From: a virus
Lineage: Duplodnaviria > Caudoviricetes
Direction: 5' to 3' (one strand)
Virus record (IMG/VR): IMGVR_UViG_3300046694_000619
Length of the DNA: 64,000 bases
Shown: one piece after another, positions 39,314 to 48,105 of the stretch
How the letters are laid out: the number at the start of each line of letters is the position of its first letter
Numbering within the stretch: position 1 is the first letter of the stretch
Notes under the pieces: generated by a model
Told to the model about the DNA's origin: nothing
Databases searched by the model: none
What the model saw: the letters and a program-made list of their open reading frames with translations, nothing else
Translations under genes and position numbers: made by a program

Positions 39314-39909
39314 GGAGACAAATCATGAAGAGTTCCAAATCGACGTGTGAGATGTATCGTATCAGCGCCAACGGCGAGTATGCGACGGTCTGCCTGAGTG
39401 ATTGGTCCCGCGATGTGGTGGGCCATCCGTCAGAACAGCGGTACGGCGGCGAGATTCTGGTGCATTCGAGCTTCGGGGTCTTCTGCCATCAATGGAGTAA
39501 CTGCGGCTTGCCGTTCAAGGCGTTTCTGCTCGAAATCGAATTCGAGAGCTTCATGTCGAAGTGCCTGGGCAATGATTTCTTGCAGTTTGATGGACGCGCA
39601 TCGGTGGACCGGGTGAAGAAGGCGATTCTGGAGACCCGTCACGCAGAAGGCCTATCCGCCGAGGAAGCGCGCGAGCTCTGGGATGATGTCAGCTTCGCAA
39701 GCGATACGGCCGAGGGCTCTGAGCCCGCGTTCTATGTCGCGTTAGAAGACATCTGCTCCGAAGAAAACATTGGTTCGACATCTGAGTTTGTCGTGCGCAA
39801 ACCGAGCAGCCAGGCCCAGAGCTTCTGGAACGAACTGTGGCCGCATTTCTTGGCCATGCTCGAGGCAGAGTTCAACTCGAAGACTGAAACAGCCGTTCAA
39901 GCTGCTTGA
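39310..39909 (+). CDS. hypothetical protein
   Basis: 199-aa ORF. Confidence 0.65.
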   Translation: MRRQIMKSSKSTCEMYRISANGEYATVCLSDWSRDVVGHPSEQRYGGEILVHSSFGVFCHQWSNCGLPFKAFLLEIEFESFMSKCLGNDFLQFDGRASVDRVKKAILETRHAEGLSAEEARELWDDVSFASDTAEGSEPAFYVALEDICSEENIGSTSEFVVRKPSSQAQSFWNELWPHFLAMLEAEFNSKTETAVQAA

Positions 39910-39996
39910 CGCTGTTCTCCTGGCCCCGACTTGTTCGGGGCTTTTCTTTTTGTCGCGGCTATACCCAACATCGAATGTTTCAACCAGAACCGCATC

Positions 39997-40476
39997 GTGA
40001 AAATCCTACCCATATTCTTGATTGCTGCAGCATTTAATTGCCACGTCGCATTCGGCGCCGTTTCCAACACGACGAAAACTCATTGCACCAAAGATGAGAC
40101 GACGCTGTTCAGTTGTCGGATTGGCCAGAAGATAGTTAGCGTTTGTGCGGTGGGCAAACAACTGCGCCCTCAATACCGTTTTGGAAAGCTTGGGCATCCG
40201 CTCGAGCTACAGTATCCGGTGGACATTGCTAGTTCGGAACGCATTTCTATCGAGGAGCAGACTGATTCATTCCCTCGAGCGCATTATTCCGAGTGGTCGA
40301 TTGAATTCGCAAACGGTGGCTTCAGCTACACAGTCCAGGCTTTAGAATCAAGAGCGGCTGCTGATTTAGGTTCTTCTTATATTGAGATTTCCAGCAGGCC
40401 AGGCCAACTGGAGTGTGCGAGAGGTAGTGAGATGGTCAATGAGGCTGCATTGCATCAACTCGCGAAGCCTTTTTGA
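39997..40476 (+). CDS. secreted Cys-containing protein
   Basis: Signal peptide, C...LFSC..K.VSVC...YRFG pattern; AT-richer. Confidence 0.6.
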   Translation: MKILPIFLIAAAFNCHVAFGAVSNTTKTHCTKDETTLFSCRIGQKIVSVCAVGKQLRPQYRFGKLGHPLELQYPVDIASSERISIEEQTDSFPRAHYSEWSIEFANGGFSYTVQALESRAAADLGSSYIEISSRPGQLECARGSEMVNEAALHQLAKPF

Positions 40477-40501
40477 CTAATCGACGCGACCTCATCGCCG
40501 G

Positions 40502-40882
40502 TCACGCGGTCACGATTTCGTGACCTTGGCAGAGCGCTTCCTTGCCGTCCTCATACACGTACACGTACCACTCCGGCCAGTCGGGCGCGGTGACAACCTT
40601 GAGCCCCGGGCCAAGGTCTTCGCCGGCTTCCGCGCGCGCAATGAGGCTAGGCAGCGTGCGCATCTTTGCGCTGAACAGCGTCAGAAAGTGGAGCACGCCG
40701 TCCCGCTCGACCGCCCAGTCAAAGGAGTCGAGCAGCGTGCGTCCAGGCACGGCCATTCCGTCGAACTCGGAAGCGGGCAGGCCTTCTGCATCAAAAAGCT
40801 CAGGATTTGATTCCCAAAGCGCCTCGAGCACCGGGCGGTGCAGACGAAACGCATAGCTCGACGCGTTTATCAGAACTTTCAT
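40502..40882 (-). CDS. hypothetical protein
   Basis: Start revised to MKVLIN with AAGGAAG RBS. Confidence 0.6.
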   Translation of the reverse strand: MKVLINASSYAFRLHRPVLEALWESNPELFDAEGLPASEFDGMAVPGRTLLDSFDWAVERDGVLHFLTLFSAKMRTLPSLIARAEAGEDLGPGLKVVTAPDWPEWYVYVYEDGKEALCQGHEIVTA

Positions 40883-40899
40883 TGAACTTCCTTTCTTGT

Positions 40900-42150
40900 T
40901 CAGGCCGCGACGGCAACAGGCCTCACCGACGATTTGCGACAAGGCACAATCGTGTCGCGTGTTGGTCCCCACGAGCAAAACGCAACGGGCAACACCCGGT
41001 GGCTGGCCATGAAGACCAGTTCGTCCGGCGAGACTACGTGCGTTTCGGCATCCAGTCGCACGCGCGCCGCCGCGCCAACCTGGTCCAGACATGTCACAGC
41101 CGTCTGTGCGGTGATGTCGATGCGCGCGCCGAACGCTTCGGCTAGGTCAGACCCGATGGCAACTGCAAGCTGGTCCAGGTCCAGGTCGGCGAAGCGCAGG
41201 GACCCTTGGTACTCGTTCGGTTGATTCGTGAGGTCGACAACGCCTTCATAGGGCCGACCAGGCAACTCGTTTGCCAGCGGCCCGGCACCATGCCGCGTTA
41301 GGTACGCGCGGGTCACGTAGGTGACATCCAAGGCCTCGATGCCGGCTTCGCTTGCTACGTCGAGAACGTTGCGAAGCCCCGTGTTCGACCGGGTCACATA
41401 GGGGAATGCACCCTGATGCTGGTCGAGCAGCAGCCCCTGCGCGCCTTCGAACACGACATTGTCCGAGAGCAGGATAGGCGCCGCGGCACCCGACAACAAC
41501 GTGACATCACCCAGGAATTCCTGCGCGGCCTCGATAAAGGCGTCCACCAGCACGTCCGTTGTGCACAGCTTATGATGCTTGCCAAAATCCGGCAGCCCCA
41601 GTTCCTTGATGCGGACGGGCAGGTGGAAATCGCGAATCTCGATGAGTTTTGCGCGCAACGCGTCAACGTCTTGCAGGTCACCAGCCGTCAGCGCAAACGT
41701 GCCGGCTTCCATGCGCCCGATGGTCTCGCCAAAACCCATGCCGCAGCTGCCGTGTCGCTTCGCACCGCGAAAATCCTCGACGAGCTGGTTCACCAGCATG
41801 TCGAAGAAGGTGGTCACTGGCGCGCGCTCGTCCACGTAGAGCGTCGTAAGCTTGCCGAGGAGAGGCAGGAGTTTCGCGCGCTCCTTGAGATAAAGCATGG
41901 GATTGACCGCAAAGTGCCGCGACAGGTACGTCTTCGCGCCCGCGAACGTGCCGGCGCCGAAATGGCTGAAAGCATGTCGCGTGCCGTCCGGCGTGGTGAC
42001 GGTGTGACTCGCCTGGCAGCCACCGTTGAAACGCACGACGAGGCTGTTATCGCTCTGTGACGCGAAGTAATCGGTCATGAGACCCTTTCCTTCATCCCCG
42101 TAGTTCGCGCCGATGACCACTTTTGCCGAGCGCTTGCGAAGCTGTGTCAT
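40900..42150 (-). CDS. adenylosuccinate-synthetase-like protein (divergent PurA family)
   Basis: GANYGDEGKG, RFNGGCQASHT, VFEGAQGLLLD, PYVTRSN, RAYLTRHGAGP, TCLD. Confidence 0.9.
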   Translation of the reverse strand: MTQLRKRSAKVVIGANYGDEGKGLMTDYFASQSDNSLVVRFNGGCQASHTVTTPDGTRHAFSHFGAGTFAGAKTYLSRHFAVNPMLYLKERAKLLPLLGKLTTLYVDERAPVTTFFDMLVNQLVEDFRGAKRHGSCGMGFGETIGRMEAGTFALTAGDLQDVDALRAKLIEIRDFHLPVRIKELGLPDFGKHHKLCTTDVLVDAFIEAAQEFLGDVTLLSGAAAPILLSDNVVFEGAQGLLLDQHQGAFPYVTRSNTGLRNVLDVASEAGIEALDVTYVTRAYLTRHGAGPLANELPGRPYEGVVDLTNQPNEYQGSLRFADLDLDQLAVAIGSDLAEAFGARIDITAQTAVTCLDQVGAAARVRLDAETHVVSPDELVFMASHRVLPVAFCSWGPTRDTIVPCRKSSVRPVAVAA

Positions 42151-42163
42151 GCTGGGTCTCCAG

Positions 42164-42454
42164 TTACAGAATTTCGCAGCCGTATTTCTGGCGGAACTGG
42201 ATAGCCAGCTCCTGAAATTCGGGCATATTGCCCATATTGGTTTTCACTTCAGCGAGTAACCCGGGCCGACCGTACGGAAGGTCGGCGTGCAACTCGAAGC
42301 AGAATCCTTCTGCCGGTGTTGGGTATTCGCTGTAAAGCTCGGCTGAAATGCCCTTGTCCAGCGCACCTCGCACCTGGCGAATTATGTTGGCCGCCCACGG
42401 CTTCCACTCTTCGGCGTCGCGTGGCCCAGCTCCCACCTTGTCATTCGTGTCCAT
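42164..42454 (-). CDS. hypothetical protein
   Basis: Start revised to MDTNDK. Confidence 0.55.
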   Translation of the reverse strand: MDTNDKVGAGPRDAEEWKPWAANIIRQVRGALDKGISAELYSEYPTPAEGFCFELHADLPYGRPGLLAEVKTNMGNMPEFQELAIQFRQKYGCEIL

Positions 42455-42483
42455 CACTCGCTCCACTTCGAATTTTGGTGCGC

Positions 42484-42954
42484 TTAATCTGCGTAAGCGA
42501 TGATTCCGACTTCCCAAAATGCCTCGACGCCGAAATCCTTCTTCAACATGTCGACGAATTCACCGTATTCGCGCTGGGCCTTTTCGAGCATCGCCGTGCC
42601 GTCAAGGGAAGAAAAGAGCACCGGCTTGAACCCGTCTTCCGTGTCCTGCTCGAGCGTGAGGCCGTGCTCGTTGTGGTTCGGCAGCCAGATGTCGCCCTTC
42701 GGATGATTCTTTCCATATTCCGGGCAGTGCATGAAGTCCTCCCACGGGCCGGTGAGCTTGTGGATGGGAAACGGCTTCACCACTTCCGTGGGCACGTCCC
42801 GCTCAAGCACGGTACCGCCGCAGTTTCCGCAAAACTTCGCGGGCTTGCTGACCGCCGGCGCGTTGCAGTTGTTCGAGCAGCTGCGCTCAGACTTGGTCCC
42901 CTTCACGGGTGAAGGGGGAATGACCAGGTATGGGCCGATGAAAAACGACGTCAT
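42484..42954 (-). CDS. Zn-ribbon hypothetical protein
   Basis: CSNNC and FCGNCG. Confidence 0.65.
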   Translation of the reverse strand: MTSFFIGPYLVIPPSPVKGTKSERSCSNNCNAPAVSKPAKFCGNCGGTVLERDVPTEVVKPFPIHKLTGPWEDFMHCPEYGKNHPKGDIWLPNHNEHGLTLEQDTEDGFKPVLFSSLDGTAMLEKAQREYGEFVDMLKKDFGVEAFWEVGIIAYAD

Positions 42955-42968
42955 AAAAATCCTGTTGA

Positions 42969-45242
42969 TTAAGCGAGGTAGTCAGCGATGAGCACTTCTG
43001 CGTCGTAGGCCGTGACCACTTTCTGGTCAGCCTTCACCGGCACGATGGCGGTCGGCAGCTTGCTTGTGAAAACGATGTCCGCTTCCAGCGCGGTGGCCAC
43101 CCGCTCGCCACGCGCGTTGACGTGGTCAGCGAGCAGGGCGCCTAGCGTCGGTCGAACCGGATTGACGATGCCGCGCGCCATCTGCGTCGTCAGGATGGTC
43201 GCCGTCTCCACAGCATTGAAGCCGCTGCAGCGTGCCGGCAGCACCAGGTCCGCCCATACGAACTGACGTCGCGCGATGTCCACATAGCCAACCAGGATGC
43301 GCTCGCCTGCCGCCGTCAGGTCGACCTTCTGGCGCACGGTGCGTGCGTCATAGATGGCGCCGCTCTGTTCGTCGACGCGCGACATCCAGCCCAGATACGC
43401 TTCGGGCATATCGCCGAAGTTCTGCTTGGTGTACGAAAATGCGACCAGCGCGATGTACGCGGCGTCAACAGGGAGTTTGCGGAAGTCGATGTCGATGAAC
43501 TCGCACGCGCCCTCCGGCGCCGACGTAATGTCGCCGCTGTGCGTCATGCCTTCCGCGCGCAACTGCGTGAAGCTGCAGTGCGTCACATAGTTGAAGCTTT
43601 CGTCGAGCACCGAGCAGGACAGGTCCAGGTCGGTACGGCCGATGGAGTAGGGCTCGCCACTCTTATCGAGGCCTTGCTCATTCCACCACAGGAACGCGCG
43701 CATGATGGAATCGGGGCCCAGGTCGATACGCGAGCCGCGACCTACCGTCAGCAGCGACTTCTGCGCGGTACGCTGCGCAAACGGAACGCTGATGCCGTCC
43801 AGTGCAGGGTCGATATACACCTTGCCCATCGCCGGCAGCTTGGCGAAGCGCGCCGCCAGCACGTCGGACACCGTTTTGACGACGAATTCGTTGGCGCTCT
43901 CGGTCAGCCGCGGCGAACCGTTCTGCGGCACCCACATGCGGGCAGCGCCGCCCTTCGGCGAGAACGCGCGCACACCATCCTGGTCCACCGCCATGCGGTG
44001 ACGCAGTTGCACGAGGACCGGCGTCGAGACCTTGTCGGCCACAGTTGCGAAGGCCTTGAGCACCGCTTCCTTGTTCGCGCCCGTCGCCTTGCGTACGGTT
44101 TCATGCAGCTTGCGAGCGAACACACCCGGACGCTGCACGAGAAGGTCGATGGCAGCCAGGGTGTTGCGCGATGCAAGGCGCGATTCCACCGTACCGGCCC
44201 AGCTCACGGGCATGTCGTTCTTGCGCAGCGCCGTGAAGTGCTCGTAGGCACGCTTGAAGCGGGCTTGATACTCGCCCGGATGCAGCGCTTCCCCCAGGCG
44301 TACCCATTGCTCGCGTCGCTGGAACATCTCCGAGCGCACCGACTCAGCGCTGAGGCTGTCGAGGAGGCCCAGCAACAGGCGGCGCAGGCCACGAGAGACC
44401 TTGCCAAAGCGCGGCGGCTTGGACAGCGTCAGGTCTGCATCCTTGAGGTTGGCCGCGCCGACAGCGGCGGCCAGGCGCAGCACGTCGGTTGGTGTCTGGA
44501 AGAAGCGCGCGAACTCAGCGGCTTCGAACGTCGCCGGCGTGTGCGTCAGCAGCCAGCCGCCGACCAGCGCGCGGTGTTCTTTTTGCGGGATGGTTGCCTG
44601 TTCCTTGAGCATTTCGAGCAGGCGGCCAGGATAGACTTCGCTGAAATACGAGAGCAGCTCGAGCGTCACTTCCTTGTTGGCCACCGACATCGAGGCATTG
44701 CCGTTGATAAGGCGCAGCAACTGGTCATAGACGGCCGTGCGCGGTGCAAGCGCCAGGGTGGTCGGCTTCATGTGCTCGAGCATCTTGAGCGCCGGTCGCT
44801 TTGACGCCGTGTACCGAGGCAGCACACGCACCCCCATCCAGTCGCCACGATAGTGCGCCCAGGCGTTAGAGAGCAATTCCGCGTCGGAAGCTTCGAGCAC
44901 CTGTTCCGGAAAATCCGGGTACATCGGGGAATACACGCGATGCGCGCCCAGAGCGTGGCTCAGGATGTGTACGAGGTTGGTGTGGACGTGAACGAGGTCG
45001 ACTTCGGGCATCCACGACAGCGTCAGGATAGCGTCCTGGCCGTAGACGAAGCCGAGATACTCGAGAGTCAGCTCGCTGTGAAGAGCGCGGTCCATGCTGG
45101 GACCGGGATTGCCGAGTGCGCTTTCGCGCTGCGAAGCAGCGTCAACGGCGGGCAGTGCCAGCTTGCCGTTGCGAACGAGAGCCGCGAGAATGTTGAATTC
45201 ACGGGTGTTAACTCGAAATCCTGCGTCAGCGAGCGTGAGCAT
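42969..45242 (-). CDS. large helical protein with C-terminal TerD-like domain
   Basis: RPGVFARKL helical region; RTDLDLS...HSGDITSAPEGACEFIDID TerD-like motif; start revised to MLTLAD with GAGGA RBS. Confidence 0.75.
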   Translation of the reverse strand: MLTLADAGFRVNTREFNILAALVRNGKLALPAVDAASQRESALGNPGPSMDRALHSELTLEYLGFVYGQDAILTLSWMPEVDLVHVHTNLVHILSHALGAHRVYSPMYPDFPEQVLEASDAELLSNAWAHYRGDWMGVRVLPRYTASKRPALKMLEHMKPTTLALAPRTAVYDQLLRLINGNASMSVANKEVTLELLSYFSEVYPGRLLEMLKEQATIPQKEHRALVGGWLLTHTPATFEAAEFARFFQTPTDVLRLAAAVGAANLKDADLTLSKPPRFGKVSRGLRRLLLGLLDSLSAESVRSEMFQRREQWVRLGEALHPGEYQARFKRAYEHFTALRKNDMPVSWAGTVESRLASRNTLAAIDLLVQRPGVFARKLHETVRKATGANKEAVLKAFATVADKVSTPVLVQLRHRMAVDQDGVRAFSPKGGAARMWVPQNGSPRLTESANEFVVKTVSDVLAARFAKLPAMGKVYIDPALDGISVPFAQRTAQKSLLTVGRGSRIDLGPDSIMRAFLWWNEQGLDKSGEPYSIGRTDLDLSCSVLDESFNYVTHCSFTQLRAEGMTHSGDITSAPEGACEFIDIDFRKLPVDAAYIALVAFSYTKQNFGDMPEAYLGWMSRVDEQSGAIYDARTVRQKVDLTAAGERILVGYVDIARRQFVWADLVLPARCSGFNAVETATILTTQMARGIVNPVRPTLGALLADHVNARGERVATALEADIVFTSKLPTAIVPVKADQKVVTAYDAEVLIADYLA

Positions 45243-45254
45243 GTATGTCCTCGG

Positions 45255-45445
45255 ATAGCGTATAAATAACGAACAGGCTACCCGCAGGAAAGCAATACGG
45301 GATGCCGTCTGGCATCCCGTATCACCACTTCTGGAGCAGGAGAGCAGCGCCGCTAGTTTCCAATGTGAGTTGAGTAGAAGGAAGCCGCGCAATAGCCTGC
45401 AAAACCTGTCAGCTGCCGAATACTTTCGTTCAACAACCGACTTGA
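45255..45445 (-). ncRNA. candidate structured 5' leader RNA of the TerD-like gene
   Basis: About 200-nt untranslated leader with a 12-bp hairpin (45295-45322) and an enclosing inverted repeat CAGGCTA/TAGCCTG. Confidence 0.5.
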
Positions 45446-45451
45446 GAGCAC

Positions 45452-45480
45452 AGTATATACCGATAACGCGCTCGCGTCAA
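45452..45480 (-). promoter_or_regulatory. sigma70 promoter
   Basis: TTGACG-17 nt-TATACT on the minus strand. Confidence 0.75.
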
Positions 45481-45498
45481 CCGCGATTTTAGTATATC

Positions 45499-46404
45499 TC
45501 AGAATCGCGTCAATGCCGTTCCTGCGGCGCGTCCCGGCTGCAGCGCATTCAGTCCGCGTGCGACGACCATCGACGTGCTGCCCGACCACGACTTCACCGT
45601 GGCGTCGACACTGGTGCCTTCGATAACCTGAATGGTCGACACGATGAGCTCAGCCATCTTCGTGTGGTCCGACAGCGGCAGTGCGCGCTCGCCGAGCAGT
45701 GCCTTCCAGTTCGCCTTGACTGACGAATCGCACGAGTTGCTTTCTTCGACGAGCAGATGGAAGACGTGATAGCTGCGGCTGGCCATGGTCAGCAGCTCTT
45801 CCGAAGTCAGGTCGCGCTCGATGTCGTCACCAAACACACGCTGGACCTGCGCGCGAGTGAGCACGTTGTGCGGATTCTCGTCGCCGACCGTGAAAAGATA
45901 GCCCTTCTTCTTGCGCTTTTCGAAACAGTCGATGGACGTATGACGCGCGGCGAAGTACCACGGCAGGTGGTAGCTCTCGCCGCCGTTGCCCCCGCCATGG
46001 CCTTCCAGCCAGATTTGCGACAGCTGCGTAGCGATGCGGATGTCGGCCTCGAACTGCGTCACCTGCAGCGGCGCCTTGTCCGAGTACGCGTCACCTACAC
46101 CCATGCACGCGATATGCGGGTCGGCGACCGGCTTGCGCGCAATCAGTTCTTCGACGAGGACGCCCATACCCGTTCTCACCAGGACGTCCGCGAGTTTGCC
46201 CATTGAACCCGTTACGTCGCCAGCGACGATGATGGCAGTCGAATTCGGATTGGCCGCTGAGTCGCGCGATTCACGCATCGCGACACCGTGCGGATTGAGG
46301 TCCGGGTGCATGTGGTTTTGGCTGAACACCTGTGCGGTCGACTTCGTGCTTGTGCTCGACGAGAACGAATCCCAGTCGGTGGAACTCCAGTTGCTTGAAC
46401 CCAT
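45499..46404 (-). CDS. von Willebrand factor A (vWA) domain protein
   Basis: MIDAS DVTGSM, GGGNGGESY, FTVGDE. Confidence 0.85.
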   Translation of the reverse strand: MGSSNWSSTDWDSFSSSTSTKSTAQVFSQNHMHPDLNPHGVAMRESRDSAANPNSTAIIVAGDVTGSMGKLADVLVRTGMGVLVEELIARKPVADPHIACMGVGDAYSDKAPLQVTQFEADIRIATQLSQIWLEGHGGGNGGESYHLPWYFAARHTSIDCFEKRKKKGYLFTVGDENPHNVLTRAQVQRVFGDDIERDLTSEELLTMASRSYHVFHLLVEESNSCDSSVKANWKALLGERALPLSDHTKMAELIVSTIQVIEGTSVDATVKSWSGSTSMVVARGLNALQPGRAAGTALTRF

Positions 46405-46452
46405 GATTTACTCCTGTGCGTTGTGCGGTTAGTGCGTTGTTTTGCTGTTTGT

Positions 46453-46878
46453 TTAAGCTTCCGTCTTCCGGGATGTATCGCCAGCGAGCCGGCGCAGCGA
46501 CTGCTCGAAGTGACAGAGCCACTTGAATTTGTCGGACACCCACGAAAAGCTTTGGTTGGCGTCGCTCTGCGCCCGGTTAATCCATGACCCGTACTCAGTC
46601 GTGCCGGGTTGCGGCAACTGCAGCGGGATGTGCTGTGCGGCGCTCCAGCACCCGCGCATTGAATACGCAGAGAACGAGGCGCGCTCGTATCGCTTGCCGT
46701 ATTCGCCCGTCATGTAGGCGTCGAAGTCGGCGGCGGCCGGTTCATCCTTCGGCGCCAACGCCGTGTTCACGATGCGCGAGATGCGGTCACGCAGCTGCTG
46801 TGTGTCGCGGTACTGAACCGCCGTGTCGCGCAACTCGTTCACGAGCGCGGTGATTTCGTGGTCTTTGAGGTCTTTCAC
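46453..46878 (-). CDS. hypothetical protein
   Basis: 141 aa, GTGA overlap with the upstream gene. Confidence 0.55.
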   Translation of the reverse strand: MKDLKDHEITALVNELRDTAVQYRDTQQLRDRISRIVNTALAPKDEPAAADFDAYMTGEYGKRYERASFSAYSMRGCWSAAQHIPLQLPQPGTTEYGSWINRAQSDANQSFSWVSDKFKWLCHFEQSLRRLAGDTSRKTEA

Positions 46879-47945
46879 AGCGCAATTCCTTGTCGCGGGT
46901 CGTACAGCCTGTCATGGGACAGGTCCATCGGGACGAACTTGCGCGGGCCGAACGCCTCGATGAGAACGCGCGACTGCCAGTCCTTGTAAGTGGCCACCGC
47001 GCTCTGATGCGTGCTCAGCTGAAGCCAGTCGACCAGGGCGGCCGGAACAGACGCGTCCTTGGCCAGCCGAACACCGGTTGAGTCGCCGAGCAGCTCACGC
47101 CCGAGCGCCTGAATCATTTCCATGTCCGTGCGGGTGTCGCCGACCTTCTTCTGGAGCACGGCTGGCGGCGCGCACAGCATCATTCGTTGCGAGGCCGCCT
47201 TCATCGGAGCGCCCAGCGGCGTGGCAAACCACCAGCCACCAAAGAGGTGAGCGGTGTGCTCCTCCGGCGAAATGAAGACCGTGTCCGGGCCGATAGCGTT
47301 GTGCGAGACCTTGCCTTGAATCTCGAGGTAGCAGGCGATGTTCAGCAAGCGGCTGAGGACCCACGCGACATGCGCGGCAGGCATCTTTCCCTTGTAGAAC
47401 TCGAGCACGTCCTGAAGGAGCATCTCCTTGGCCGTTTTCTTGAGGACCAGCATGGCGCCGGTCGCCGTTTCGACCTTCTTCACCACTTCCGGGAAGTAGC
47501 GCGAGAACTCCTTGCGCATCGGGTCGTTGGCGTAGGACAGGCGCGCGATGCTGCGTTGCGCGTCGTCGAGCAGGTCCAGGTTGTCGGTGGAGATGTCGAA
47601 CGCCACTACGGTGCGGCCGACGTACATCGTTCCAACCTCGAGCGCCACCTTGCGTGAGAAGCGCAGCTCAAACTGCGTTCCGTCCGTGCCGCGGATGGCG
47701 AGCAGTCCCGGTGTCTCCCACGTGCCTTCGGCGGCCTTGCGCTTGGCCGCTTTGTTCAGCTTCTTGAGCCGGTCGAACACGTCCCATCCGCGTGGACCGG
47801 AGCCGTGGTCAGGATGCCACCTCATGAAAAGCTTGCGAGCTTCCTTCTCCGCCGCCGCCGCGCTCGAAAACAGACGCTCGGGCGCATCTTCAGGGATGGC
47901 CAGGATTTCGTCAGCAGTGAGGGCGGTTTGGTCGGCTTCGGTCAT
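46875..47945 (-). CDS. J-domain (HPD) fused to a degenerate protein-kinase-like domain
   Basis: KLFMRWHPDHG; HVAWVLSRLL..ACYL, HNAIGPDTVFI (catalytic-loop-like), LFGGW in place of DFG. Confidence 0.75.
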   Translation of the reverse strand: MTEADQTALTADEILAIPEDAPERLFSSAAAAEKEARKLFMRWHPDHGSGPRGWDVFDRLKKLNKAAKRKAAEGTWETPGLLAIRGTDGTQFELRFSRKVALEVGTMYVGRTVVAFDISTDNLDLLDDAQRSIARLSYANDPMRKEFSRYFPEVVKKVETATGAMLVLKKTAKEMLLQDVLEFYKGKMPAAHVAWVLSRLLNIACYLEIQGKVSHNAIGPDTVFISPEEHTAHLFGGWWFATPLGAPMKAASQRMMLCAPPAVLQKKVGDTRTDMEMIQALGRELLGDSTGVRLAKDASVPAALVDWLQLSTHQSAVATYKDWQSRVLIEAFGPRKFVPMDLSHDRLYDPRQGIAL

Positions 47946-47958
47946 GTCCAGTTAGTTC

Positions 47959-47985
47959 TTAGTTGCGATTTACGAATAAGTATAG
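47959..47985 (-). promoter_or_regulatory. -10 element plus candidate NrtR operator (J-kinase/vWA operon)
   Basis: Minus strand ctatacttattcgtaaatcgcaactaa, 25/27 identical to 26278-26304. Confidence 0.7.
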
Positions 47986-48105
47986 GTGAGCCATTGGGTG
48001 GAATGCAAGACCTTTCGTTCCTCCGGAATACCGGATGTCAAATCGAGCGCATGGTTGGCCAAATACGTAAATAACAGTATACTATATAACGATGGAGAGA
48101 AGCGA

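Noticed and set aside
40900-42150. PurZ (2-aminoadenine, Z-genome) pathway with MazZ
   Set aside because: The P-loop retains Asp (GDEGKG) rather than the Ser typical of PurZ; no DatZ-like HD phosphohydrolase is seen; the MazG gene is over 10 kb away.
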